32,000 bases of DNA from Exiguobacterium profundum (lineage in GTDB: Bacteria; Bacillota; Bacilli; Exiguobacteriales; Exiguobacteriaceae): the NCBI RefSeq assembly GCF_025234635.1, contig NZ_JANIEG010000004.1. The stretch is one strand, 5' to 3'. Both the position numbers and the translations under genes were made by a program. Shown here in pieces: positions 18,927 to 27,820 of this stretch. The notes beneath the pieces were generated by a model that made no database searches, was not told the origin of the DNA, and saw only the letters and a program-made list of their open reading frames with translations. How positions within the stretch are numbered: the stretch's first letter is position 1; the number at the start of each line of letters is the position of its first letter.

Positions 18927-20576
18927 TCATTTCAATTGAACCGGATGACTGACGAAGAATTGAAGTTGATTCGTGACCGGTAATGTTTCAAGTTGATTGA
19001 ACACGGAATCGTTATACGTCAGTTTTAATCGAGACTTTTCGGCTTCGTGAGCTGGAACTTGACGGTCGAAGTTCTCAGCTGGGCTTAAGCCGTTGCCCCC
19101 AGTAAATTCCCCTCTAAAGACGTTCACTTCGAGTGGTCCTTTACTGTACAGACCTCCGTTGACTTCGAGAATAGATCCGACCGCATACACATAGGTCGGT
19201 TCGTTCGAGTCACTATACATGAACGCCTGGAGCGTCGTCGGAGTGTCATCAAACTCGTTGATTCGGTTCAACAGAATCTTTCCTTTGGATAACAGGATGA
19301 GTGAGTTCCCTTTGTCTGCATCAATCGGAAGAATATTGGCTCGGTCGATGAACGTATCACCGAGCGTGTAGACTGTCGAACTGAAGGAGACGTTCCCTTT
19401 AATGGTCAAGTCACCACGTACGATCAGTGGCCGTGCAATCGTCAGCTTCTCGAGTGATTCAATGACGACGTCCCCGTCGAAAAGAAGCGGGGCATTCGAC
19501 TCGGTGATGGATTCCGTGACATACATGGCGCGATCCGAAATGGCATCCGGTAATGTCACGATGGTCGGGTCGGTGAGGGCGTTGTAGGCATCCGCCCGTA
19601 AGTACGAAGTCGGGCGTTCGATAATAGATGTCCCATCTTCCGAGAGCACGCGCTCGAGTTCGAACACTTGATTGGTCGAGCGAATCAGACCTTCTTCAAA
19701 GATTATTGAATCGACGTCATTTGTGTATGCGAGCGGTGTGTCGAGTCGTCGATTTAAAAATTCGATGATTGAGTAGTCGTATTGGAATGGAGAAAAGCGA
19801 CTCGGGGACACCCCGGCGTCTGCCTTCTCGCCAGCTTGTTCCGGACCTACCGTGAAGTAGTTCTCTTGCTGGCAACTCAAGCAATCGCTCAATTCGACTA
19901 AATCGATTCGGCCATTCAAGTGAAGACGACTAGAATCGACATTTTCAATCTGCTTCGCCACACCATCCAATTGGAAGTTCGCTTGACGCATGAAAGCGAG
20001 AGGACCACCTGAATAGATATTTCCTTGAATCGTCGGCATGCCGTTCACGTCCAACTGTTGGTCGGACCCGAGGACGTAGTATAAAAAGGACGGGAGAGCC
20101 GTCAAGTATAAGTCTTGCGTGTATTCAACGGTAAGCATCGGTTGTTCCGGATTCACTTGTCGCGATGCCGTGACGTTCACTTGGAGAATCGTCGTGAACG
20201 GCGCCGTCTGAATGGCGGTATCCGTAGCATCTTTCTTCAGCTCGATGGAATAGCGGACCTCACTATCCGTAGTCAATGCCGTGAACGGTTCGTCACTGAC
20301 GATGAGCGACTGAACCTTGCTTTGGAATGCCGCTTCCGATTCCATATGAGTCGGGACTTCCGCTTCTCCGTGAAGCGGGAACTGGGTCCGAACCTCATCG
20401 GCGATGAGGCGAAGTGCGCTTTTCGCATCTTCATTCAGTTGAGTATCTTCTGTACGGATGACCGTCAATTTATTCGACGCCAAGTTGACTTGCATGGCGG
20501 CGAGCGAGAGGACGGCGAGAGCCGCCATCGTCACGAGAACAAGCACGAGAACATATCCGTCTTCACGTTTTCGCAT
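18927..20576 (-). CDS. Large PilX/PilK(GspK)-like minor pilin-like protein (549 aa)
   Basis: The ATG at 20576 is preceded by a perfect AAGGAGG. N-terminus MRKREDG|YVLVLVLVTMAALAVLSLAA is a prepilin-like leader and hydrophobic helix lacking Glu+5. The long C-terminal part has repetitive beta-helix-like G/N-rich segments. It is the last gene of the minor-pilin operon. Confidence 0.75.
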   Translation of the reverse strand: MRKREDGYVLVLVLVTMAALAVLSLAAMQVNLASNKLTVIRTEDTQLNEDAKSALRLIADEVRTQFPLHGEAEVPTHMESEAAFQSKVQSLIVSDEPFTALTTDSEVRYSIELKKDATDTAIQTAPFTTILQVNVTASRQVNPEQPMLTVEYTQDLYLTALPSFLYYVLGSDQQLDVNGMPTIQGNIYSGGPLAFMRQANFQLDGVAKQIENVDSSRLHLNGRIDLVELSDCLSCQQENYFTVGPEQAGEKADAGVSPSRFSPFQYDYSIIEFLNRRLDTPLAYTNDVDSIIFEEGLIRSTNQVFELERVLSEDGTSIIERPTSYLRADAYNALTDPTIVTLPDAISDRAMYVTESITESNAPLLFDGDVVIESLEKLTIARPLIVRGDLTIKGNVSFSSTVYTLGDTFIDRANILPIDADKGNSLILLSKGKILLNRINEFDDTPTTLQAFMYSDSNEPTYVYAVGSILEVNGGLYSKGPLEVNVFRGEFTGGNGLSPAENFDRQVPAHEAEKSRLKLTYNDSVFNQLETLPVTNQLQFFVSHPVQLK

Positions 20577-20592
20577 CAGGATGCCTCCTTTC

Positions 20593-21102
20593 TTAGAATG
20601 GGATGGAGCTTTCAAATGTCGTAACAGAATCGGAATCGTTTGATTGAGTCAAATCCAACTCGATTTCGATGAGTCCACCGGTCATGTAAGTCGGGCGTCT
20701 CGGATCGAACACGGGATCTTTTAACTGGATGGTCATCCGTTCGACTGTGATTTGTGGATTAGAAGGCGTAAACGAATCCTCTGAGAGAACCAAGTCGGTC
20801 GGGACGTATCCCGCCTCCCGGTAAATCATTCCGGTTTCCGATATGTCTGGAGCGGACAATCGATAAAATTGAAACGAGCCGTCCACTTCCGTCACGGCGT
20901 CGAATTCGGTCCGGTTCACGTCAGAGAGCACGGAGGCAATCAAATAGTCGGCCTCGCTTCGAAGGTCACTCGTCTCGTTCGTCATTTGAAAACCGAGCGT
21001 TCCAGTGATAAAGGCCGTAATGATGACGCCACTTAAAATCGAAGCGACGACGACTGTGACGAGCAACTCGACGAGCGTGAAGCCGTCTTCACGTTTCTCC
21101 AT
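20593..21102 (-). CDS. Minor (pseudo)pilin with prepilin-type N-terminal cleavage/methylation motif
   Basis: MEKREDG|FTLVELLVTVVVASIL from the ATG at 21102, 1 nt after the upstream stop. The ORF-track start at 21156 would give an unusually long leader. Confidence 0.85.
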   Translation of the reverse strand: MEKREDGFTLVELLVTVVVASILSGVIITAFITGTLGFQMTNETSDLRSEADYLIASVLSDVNRTEFDAVTEVDGSFQFYRLSAPDISETGMIYREAGYVPTDLVLSEDSFTPSNPQITVERMTIQLKDPVFDPRRPTYMTGGLIEIELDLTQSNDSDSVTTFESSIPF

Positions 21103-21103
21103 C

Positions 21104-21559
21104 TCAGTCAGTTGTCGGGACAGCCGTTTCAGGGAACGGTTCGCGCAATGTCGCATTCGAAATGACTCCTTTCAAGGTGACGGGCGTTTGCAAACGGTCG
21201 GTCGTCACCGAAATTTCAACTTCAATTGTATGTCCGGGTGAAGTGGACAGCGATTGAATGGTTGCGATATACGTATCCCCATGGATTCGGGTATCTTCGC
21301 AGAAGTCGCACGTCGAGCTGATCCCGTCCCGATTCAACAATTGACGCAGTTCGAGCGGTTCATCAACGGACGCGGCCCGTCGATTTAAAGTATGTAACGT
21401 GTTTTGCGCCACTTGGTTCGCAATCGTTTGATTGAGGCTGTCGTGTGTCGTCTTCAAACTTTGGCTGAAAATCGAAAGTAAAGAGAATGAGACAATTGAA
21501 AGAACAACGATGGAGACGAGCACTTCGACGAGCGTAAAACCTTTTTCGGAATGCGACAA
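21104..21559 (-). CDS. Minor (pseudo)pilin with prepilin-type N-terminal cleavage/methylation motif
   Basis: TTG start at 21559, 8 nt after AGGAGG. N-terminus MSHSEKG|FTLVEVLVSIVVLSIV. Confidence 0.88.
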   Translation of the reverse strand: MSHSEKGFTLVEVLVSIVVLSIVSFSLLSIFSQSLKTTHDSLNQTIANQVAQNTLHTLNRRAASVDEPLELRQLLNRDGISSTCDFCEDTRIHGDTYIATIQSLSTSPGHTIEVEISVTTDRLQTPVTLKGVISNATLREPFPETAVPTTD

Positions 21560-21716
21560 GACATTGACCTCCTATTCAAAAAAAGTAAAACAATCGGAAA
21601 ATAACGTATGCAATACTGAATTAAATGTTATTTTTTGTACAATACATATTATACTAAAGTTATACGCTGAACGGATATATAGAATAGAAGTCGGATTAGA
21701 CACGGGGGGATTTTAC
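21560..21716. promoter_or_regulatory. AT-rich divergent promoter region between the minor-pilin operon (-) and the vanW-like/pilB operon (+)
   Basis: 157-nt AT-rich spacer between divergent start codons. A perfect TATAAT reads on the minus strand at 21653-21648. I could not assign a convincing -35 element. Confidence 0.5.
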
Positions 21717-22931
21717 ATGAAGCGGTATGGGATGCATCTTATCATTTTGATTGGACTCGTCGTACTCGTGACATTACCGACGATTGGACTCGTCAATTAC
21801 TTAGATGCGTCTGCTGAGTCGAGTGCTACATACAAAAAAGATACGACGGTCGCAGGTGTCGACGTATCAGGGATGACGAAAGAAGAAGCGGACGTTCGTC
21901 TCGATAATGCGATTAAAGATTTTAATACGACACCCTTTTCAATCAATTTGATGGATGGGACGGTCATGGAGATTGGAAAAGAAGTCGTGACGTTCGATGT
22001 ATCGAATACGTTAGACTCCATTAAAGATACAGGTGACTATCCGCTGTTGACATCCGTAGATGAAACGAAAGTCGAGCCTTATCTCGAAGGTCAACCCGTC
22101 ACGCTGACGATGATTGCCCCGGCGTTGATGGATGCCGCATCGATGTTGGAGTCATCTGTGACATTAGAGCAAGTCGCGGCAGAAAATGAAGTCGTCGCCT
22201 CGTTCACTGTGAGCCCGACACCGGCTATGCAGTCAGCCCTTGATCGAATGAACGGATTCGAGATGGCAGCGGGAGACATCTTTAGTCTCAAATCGTTCGG
22301 AGAAGATTACGAAGCGCTCACTACATTAGGGTCTTCATTCTATCGCCTATTTGCGGCGACACCGTTCGCCATTCTCGAACGTGTGCCTCACGAAACACTT
22401 CCTTCCGGGGTAGAGCTAGGCTATGACACGAAAGTAGATGAGCGCTCGAACTTTGCTGTTCAAAACCGAGAAGACACATCATATGCCATCCTCGTTTTGA
22501 ATGAAGGGGGTTCTGTGACGGTTCAATTGCTCGGTCAACCTTTTGACGCCGCTTTCGAAGCGAGAGTTGAAGAAGTGAAGACGGTACCGCATCAAAAAGT
22601 CGTTCGCTTCTCATCTTCGCTCCCGTCAGGCAGTTCATCGGTCACCCAGTCAGGTCAAGATGGACAGTCAGGTAAGCTCTACCGGGTCACTGTGACTGAA
22701 GAAGGGGAGACGTTGGAATTACTCGGGTTTGATTTTTATGCACCGACACCGGAAATCGTGACGAAGAGTTCCGTTCCGCTTCCGCCACCGGATCCGGTCG
22801 AACCGGTCATCCCGACATTCCCGGATGAGGACGAGGAAGAAGACCCGTTCCCGAATGATTCGAACGACGACCCATTTGAGGCAGAACCGCCCGTATTAGA
22901 AGAACCTGCAGAAGAGGAGGCAGTGGGATGA
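21717..22931 (+). CDS. Membrane-anchored YoaR/VanW-family-like protein (PG_binding_4-like, degenerate VanW, G5-like, acidic Pro-rich tail)
   Basis: ATG at 21717 after GGGGGGA. TM anchor HLIILIGLVVLVTLPTIGLV. It has VAGVDVSGMTKEEADVRLDNAI (PG_binding_4-like), and GDIFSLKSFGE...LGSSFYRLFAATPFAILERVPHE...GYDTKV (VanW-like layout without the usual GGG-C-Q signature). It also has TQSGQDGQSGKLYRVTVTEEGE (G5-like) and a tail PPPDPVEPVIPTFPDEDEEEDPFPNDSNDDPFE. Confidence 0.7.
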   Translation: MKRYGMHLIILIGLVVLVTLPTIGLVNYLDASAESSATYKKDTTVAGVDVSGMTKEEADVRLDNAIKDFNTTPFSINLMDGTVMEIGKEVVTFDVSNTLDSIKDTGDYPLLTSVDETKVEPYLEGQPVTLTMIAPALMDAASMLESSVTLEQVAAENEVVASFTVSPTPAMQSALDRMNGFEMAAGDIFSLKSFGEDYEALTTLGSSFYRLFAATPFAILERVPHETLPSGVELGYDTKVDERSNFAVQNREDTSYAILVLNEGGSVTVQLLGQPFDAAFEARVEEVKTVPHQKVVRFSSSLPSGSSSVTQSGQDGQSGKLYRVTVTEEGETLELLGFDFYAPTPEIVTKSSVPLPPPDPVEPVIPTFPDEDEEEDPFPNDSNDDPFEAEPPVLEEPAEEEAVG

Positions 22932-23218
22932 TCGGCTATTTGATTTTACTCGGCTTTTGGGTACTCGCCACATTGACACTGTTCGCTTTATCCGTTCCGA
23001 TGACGAGAAAACGTGAAACGAAGCTTGTCATCAGCCTGTGGACTGCCCTTCTGTCTGGTGGCGTCTATTTGATGGTAGAAGAATCACTCGTTCAAACATG
23101 GTGGGCATGGGTGATTCTTATCGTTGCATTGATTGGAGGGGTGGCTGCGAGCGTCTTTGTCGAAGAACGGAACGACAAGACCGAGCAGGAGGAGGCTCCT
23201 CAAAGGATGGTGAAGTAA
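22928..23218 (+). CDS. Small integral membrane protein (3 predicted TM segments), unknown function
   Basis: ATGA overlap with the upstream gene. Three hydrophobic segments and a charged C-terminus EERNDKTEQEEAPQRMVK. It ends 1 nt before the pilB start. Confidence 0.7.
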   Translation: MIGYLILLGFWVLATLTLFALSVPMTRKRETKLVISLWTALLSGGVYLMVEESLVQTWWAWVILIVALIGGVAASVFVEERNDKTEQEEAPQRMVK

Positions 23219-23219
23219 C

Positions 23220-24890
23220 GTGAGACGAACGAAACGAAGATTAGGTGAGATGCTCATCGAGGCTGCGCTCATTACGACGAGTCAGCTCGATGAGGCGCTT
23301 GCACAGAAGCGTCCCGGAGAAAAACTAGGGGATGCTTTAATTCGACTAAACCATATTACCGAGACACAGTTGATTCAAATGATTCATGAACAGCTGCATG
23401 TGCCAATCATTGAGTTGTACTCCTACGACATCAATGTGACGGTCACGAAGCTCGTACCGAAAGCGTTGGCACAAAAGCACGATATCATGCCATTTGAATT
23501 GAACGGGAATACGCTTCATGTCGCGACGGCCGACCCACTCGATCTCATTGCCATTGATGACGTCCGTCTTCAGACCGGGATGAACATCGAGATCGGCATC
23601 GCCACGAGAGAGCAGATTCGAAAGACGATCAGTCGTTACTACGAGATGGACCACTCCCTCGTCGAAATTTTGAAAGAAGATGCTCCCGAAATCGAACGAC
23701 AAGAAACAATTAGTCGAGACGATGCACCGATTATCCGCCTCGTGAACCAATTGTTCTTAAGCGCCATCGACCAACGTGCATCGGACATCCATTTCGATCC
23801 ACATGAGAAGCAACTCCACGTCCGTTTTCGAATTGATGGGGACTTGCGTACCGAGACGGTCTATCCGAAAAAGATTCAGAGCGTCATGCTGACGCGTCTT
23901 AAAGTCATGAGTAACCTCGACATCACAGAAAGTCGTCTGCCACAAGATGGACGGATCAAGTACACGCTACGCAATCGCGCCTATGATTTCCGCGTCTCGA
24001 CGCTCCCGACGATGTATGGAGAGAAAATCGTTATTCGGGTCCTCGACTCATCTCAAGGACTGACCGATTTGACGAAACTCGGATTTGGCGAACGAAACGA
24101 ACAGGCGTACCGTGACATGCTGAAACGTCCGAATGGAATTATCTTGATCACCGGTCCGACCGGTTCAGGGAAATCCTCGACATTGTATGCTTCGTTAAAA
24201 GAACTGAATGATGAGACGAAAAACATTATTACGGTAGAAGACCCGGTCGAGTATCAACTTGACGGCATCAACCAGGTTCAAGTCAACTCGAAAGTCGGCT
24301 TGACGTTCGCGTCAGGGCTTCGTTCGATTTTACGTCAAGACCCGAACATCGTCATGGTCGGAGAGATTCGAGACACGGAGACGGCTGAGATTGCCATTCG
24401 TGCCTCGCTCACCGGTCACCTTGTATTGTCAACGCTACATACGAATTCAGCAATCAGCTCCATCACCCGTCTCGTCGATATGGGAGTTGAGCCGTTCCTC
24501 GTCGCCGCTTCGACGACGGGACTCGTGGCACAACGACTCGTTCGACGCGTCTGTCGTGATTGTGGTCAAGTCGAACCGGTATCGAAGAGTGAACGTAGCC
24601 TGTTCGACGCTGAAGGTGTTCACATCGACCAGATTATTCGGGGTAAAGGCTGTGCGTCATGCAACTTCACAGGGTACCGTGGGCGCCTCGCCATTCACGA
24701 AGTCATCCCGATTGATGAAGGCTTGCGCCGGATGATCATGAACCAGGCGACCGAGTCTGAGATGGTCGACTATGCCAAGTCACAAGGAGCGACATTCCTG
24801 CTTGAGGACGGATTAGAAAAAGTCGCCGCCGGTTTGACGACGACTGAGGAAATATTACGAACGGTCATTACGGAGAATGCTTATGATTAA
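23220..24890 (+). CDS. pilB: Type IV pilus assembly (extension) ATPase PilB (GspE family)
   Basis: N-terminal T2SSE_N/MshEN-like repeats RLGEMLIEAALITTSQLDEALAQ and KLGDALIRLNHITETQLIQMIHEQ. Walker A ITGPTGSGKSST. Asp and His boxes. Tetracysteine CRDCG...CASCNFTGYRGR. GTG start. Confidence 0.95.
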   Translation: MRRTKRRLGEMLIEAALITTSQLDEALAQKRPGEKLGDALIRLNHITETQLIQMIHEQLHVPIIELYSYDINVTVTKLVPKALAQKHDIMPFELNGNTLHVATADPLDLIAIDDVRLQTGMNIEIGIATREQIRKTISRYYEMDHSLVEILKEDAPEIERQETISRDDAPIIRLVNQLFLSAIDQRASDIHFDPHEKQLHVRFRIDGDLRTETVYPKKIQSVMLTRLKVMSNLDITESRLPQDGRIKYTLRNRAYDFRVSTLPTMYGEKIVIRVLDSSQGLTDLTKLGFGERNEQAYRDMLKRPNGIILITGPTGSGKSSTLYASLKELNDETKNIITVEDPVEYQLDGINQVQVNSKVGLTFASGLRSILRQDPNIVMVGEIRDTETAEIAIRASLTGHLVLSTLHTNSAISSITRLVDMGVEPFLVAASTTGLVAQRLVRRVCRDCGQVEPVSKSERSLFDAEGVHIDQIIRGKGCASCNFTGYRGRLAIHEVIPIDEGLRRMIMNQATESEMVDYAKSQGATFLLEDGLEKVAAGLTTTEEILRTVITENAYD

Positions 24891-25920
24891 TCAATCGATC
24901 GAAACCATCTTGACGAATGCGGTCGAGAAACGCGCCTCGGATATTCATCTGACAGCCGGTTCTCCTCCGATCATTCGAGTAGACGGGAGTCTTATTACGA
25001 TGGGCGAGGAGAAGGTGTTGCCGCACCATCTCGAAGGATATTTAAAAGAAATCATGACCGACGATATGCGCGAACGTCTCGAGCATGAACGAGATCTTGA
25101 TTTCTCGTTCGGCGTTCCACGTGTCTCCCGTTTTCGGGTCAACGCCTATTATCAACGAGGCACGATTGCCATCGCGTTCCGGTCCATTTCCGGGGAAATC
25201 CCGACTTTGAACGAACTCAATCTGCCGACGGTACTGAAGCGTCTGATTGAGAAACCACATGGTCTTATCTTGGTCACGGGTCCGACGGGTTCAGGGAAAT
25301 CGACGACGCTCGCGGCGATGATTCATGAAATCAATCGGACGCAGCGAAAACGAATCATCACGCTAGAAGATCCGATCGAGTATTTACATTCCCATGACCA
25401 AAGTATTGTCGACCAACGGGAAATCGGCTCTGACGTCATGAAATTTGTGAGTGGTCTAAGGGCCGCCTTACGGCAAGACCCTGACGTCATTCTGCTCGGG
25501 GAGATGCGTGACTTGGAGACCATCTCGACGGCGATGACCGCCGCAGAGACGGGGCACCTCGTCATGGCAACGCTCCATACATCGAGTGCGATGTCGACGG
25601 TGAGTCGAATCATCGACGCGTTCCCAGCTGAGCAACAGGACCAAATCCGGACACAACTCGCGAACGTCTTACTCGGTGTCGTGAGTCAACGGTTATTTCC
25701 ACGGATTGATGTGCCGAAAGGACGCGTCGCCGCCATGGAAATCATGTTAGGGAATCCGGCTGTTGCCAACTTGATTCGAAATGAAAAAGAGTTCCAGTTG
25801 CCGACCGTCATCCAGACGAGTCGCCAGCACGGGATGCAGTCGATGGATGCTGCCATCGAACAACTTGTTCGGCAAGGGATCATCAATCCGAACGCCGTCC
25901 CGACAGAAGAGATGAGGTGA
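24883..25920 (+). CDS. pilT: Type IV pilus retraction ATPase PilT
   Basis: RASDIHLTAGSPPIIRVDG, Walker A VTGPTGSGKSTT, and PAVANLIRNEKEFQL (AIRNLIRE-like). About 345 aa with no N-terminal extension. The ATG at 24883 lies 7 nt after GGAG; the ATG at 24877 is the ORF-track alternative. Confidence 0.93.
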   Translation: MINQSIETILTNAVEKRASDIHLTAGSPPIIRVDGSLITMGEEKVLPHHLEGYLKEIMTDDMRERLEHERDLDFSFGVPRVSRFRVNAYYQRGTIAIAFRSISGEIPTLNELNLPTVLKRLIEKPHGLILVTGPTGSGKSTTLAAMIHEINRTQRKRIITLEDPIEYLHSHDQSIVDQREIGSDVMKFVSGLRAALRQDPDVILLGEMRDLETISTAMTAAETGHLVMATLHTSSAMSTVSRIIDAFPAEQQDQIRTQLANVLLGVVSQRLFPRIDVPKGRVAAMEIMLGNPAVANLIRNEKEFQLPTVIQTSRQHGMQSMDAAIEQLVRQGIINPNAVPTEEMR

Positions 25921-25926
25921 TGAGTG

Positions 25927-27144
25927 ATGGCGATATTTCAGTATGAAGGAAAGCTCCTGAACGGGAAGCGTAAGAAAGGTCGCGTCACGGCCGTCTCGCT
26001 TCGGGAAGCGAAAGAAAAGTTGCGTCAAGAATCTATTCTCGTAACGGACTTGGCCGAGCTCGAATCGACTGGACTGAACAAAGAGGTCAACTTGCTGCCA
26101 GAACGAGTCAAAATCGAACACTTGATCATGTACGTCCGTCAGTTCGCGACGCTCATCCGGGCGGGTGTCCCGATTGTTCGTGCGACTTCAATCTTACGGG
26201 TACAGACCGAGTCGAACGTATTGAAGAAAGCACTGAGTCAAATCGAGGATGATTTGAAGGAAGGGATTGCCTATTCCGAGGCGATCAAAAAGCACCCACG
26301 AGTCTTTTCGAACTTCTTTAGTTCGATGGCACTTGCCGGGGAGACGAGCGGGAACTTGGAGGAGGCGCTCGATCAAATCGGGCTCCAACTTCAAAAACAA
26401 TATGATGTGAAGCGGAAGGTCATTTCTGCCCTCACGTATCCGTTTGTCGTCTCCATCGTCGCCATTGGCGTTGTCGCCTTTTTAATGGTGAACGTCGTCC
26501 CGACGTTTGCGAGCATCTTTGGTCAACTCGGCGGTGAGCTTCCGCTCATCACGCGCATTGTCGTCGCGGTCTCCGATTTCATCGCGACCTTCTGGTGGTT
26601 GTTACTCGGACTCGCGATTCTTGGAGTTCTCACCTTCACCTGGATGTTGAAGCGGGACCGGGAACGATTCGTCATCGATGGCTTGCTATTGAAGATGCCG
26701 ATTTTTGGAACGATTGTGATGAAGTCTCAGATTGCATTGCTAACGCGAAGTTTAGCGGTCCTTCTACAAGCGGCCGTCCCGATTTTGACGGCGATTGAAA
26801 TCACCGAACGTATCGTATCGAACCGCGTCATCCGGAAAGGACTGACGGAGGCACGTGACATGATGGCGCAAGGGGTTCCGCTTCACGAGCCGCTCATGCG
26901 AAATGCGAACTTCCCGGCACTCATGACTCAGATGATCGCCGTCGGGGAAGAGAGCGGTGATTTGGATTCGATGTTGAACGAAGTCGCTGAGTTTTATGAG
27001 ACGGAGGTCGAGACGACAACCGACCGCTTGAAGTCGATTATCGAGCCACTTCTCATCGTCGTATTGGCAAGTGTCGTCGGGGTCATCGTCATCTCGATCG
27101 TCGTCCCGATGTTCCAAATCTATGGTGATATTCAGAATCAGTAA
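25927..27144 (+). CDS. pilC: Type IV pilus platform protein PilC (T2SS F family)
   Basis: MAIFQYEGK... N-terminus, duplicated T2SSF-type domains, three hydrophobic spans, and C-terminal VVPMFQIYGDI. The ATG at 25927 follows GAGGTGA; the GTG at 25924 is an alternative. Confidence 0.93.
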   Translation: MAIFQYEGKLLNGKRKKGRVTAVSLREAKEKLRQESILVTDLAELESTGLNKEVNLLPERVKIEHLIMYVRQFATLIRAGVPIVRATSILRVQTESNVLKKALSQIEDDLKEGIAYSEAIKKHPRVFSNFFSSMALAGETSGNLEEALDQIGLQLQKQYDVKRKVISALTYPFVVSIVAIGVVAFLMVNVVPTFASIFGQLGGELPLITRIVVAVSDFIATFWWLLLGLAILGVLTFTWMLKRDRERFVIDGLLLKMPIFGTIVMKSQIALLTRSLAVLLQAAVPILTAIEITERIVSNRVIRKGLTEARDMMAQGVPLHEPLMRNANFPALMTQMIAVGEESGDLDSMLNEVAEFYETEVETTTDRLKSIIEPLLIVVLASVVGVIVISIVVPMFQIYGDIQNQ

Positions 27145-27160
27145 AGCAATATGCAAGCTT

Positions 27161-27189
27161 TTGAAAATATACCTTTTCAATACTATATT
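27161..27189 (+). promoter_or_regulatory. Putative sigmaA-type promoter of pilA (TTGAAA-17 nt-TATATT)
   Basis: TTGAAA at 27161-27166, a 17-nt spacer, TATATT at 27184-27189. It lies about 95 nt upstream of the pilA ATG in the pilC-pilA gap. Confidence 0.55.
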
Positions 27190-27200
27190 TAGAAGGTATA
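27168..27200. repeat. Inverted repeat TATACCTT-N17-AAGGTATA overlapping the putative pilA promoter
   Basis: TATACCTT at 27168-27175 and AAGGTATA at 27193-27200, spanning the promoter spacer, the -10 element and the predicted start site. Confidence 0.5.
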
Positions 27201-27285
27201 GTAAAATTGTTCTACTTCTATATTAGGTCTAAAGTAATTTATCTAGTTTACACACAGCACATTACGTAAAAGGGGAGAATGAATT

Positions 27286-27762
27286 ATGGTAGAGAAGTTG
27301 AAAATGATTTGGCAAGATGCCAAACAGTTAAAAGATGAGCGTGGGCTCACACTCGTCGAGTTACTCGTCGTCGTCGTTATTTTAGGAATTATCGCAGCCA
27401 TCGCAGTCGTTGCGATTGGTGGGATCATCGAAAACTCGAAGAAAGATGCAATGGTCGCCGATGCGAAACAAATGGTTAGTGCGGCGAAGTTGTATGTTGC
27501 TTCGAATGAAGTAGGCAACGGAGCGGTGATTCGATTCGTCGGAACAACAGGAACTGGTGAACTCGACGCTAAAAATATGATTGATACAATGAAAGATCCG
27601 TTCGGTTCGAACTACAATAACGGGGTTGTATATGTCACAAAAGGGTCAGACAATAAGTATACGTATAAAGTATGGCTTGATGGAGCCAAAGATATCGGAA
27701 CTGCAGCTACGGATGCAGGCACGGTTGCAAGTAGTGGATTGAAGAAAGACTCAGTTAACTAA
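27286..27762 (+). CDS. pilA: Major type IV pilin (prepilin)
   Basis: Leader MVEKLKMIWQDAKQLKDERG| followed by LTLVELLVVVVILGIIAAIAVVAI, with Glu at +5 and Leu rather than Phe at +1. RBS AGGGGAG lies 8 nt upstream. 158 aa, no cysteines. It has its own promoter and terminator. Confidence 0.92.
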   Translation: MVEKLKMIWQDAKQLKDERGLTLVELLVVVVILGIIAAIAVVAIGGIIENSKKDAMVADAKQMVSAAKLYVASNEVGNGAVIRFVGTTGTGELDAKNMIDTMKDPFGSNYNNGVVYVTKGSDNKYTYKVWLDGAKDIGTAATDAGTVASSGLKKDSVN

Positions 27763-27774
27763 TATTTGCTTATG

Positions 27775-27820
27775 CCGGCTGGCGCTGGGCACTCGCTCAG
27801 CCTAGCCGGTTTTCTATTTT
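27775..27820 (+). terminator. Imperfect terminator/attenuator hairpin after pilA
   Basis: CCGGCT (27775-27780) pairs with AGCCGG (27804-27809), enclosing a partly self-complementary GC-rich segment, followed by TTTTCTATTTTT. Confidence 0.6.
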
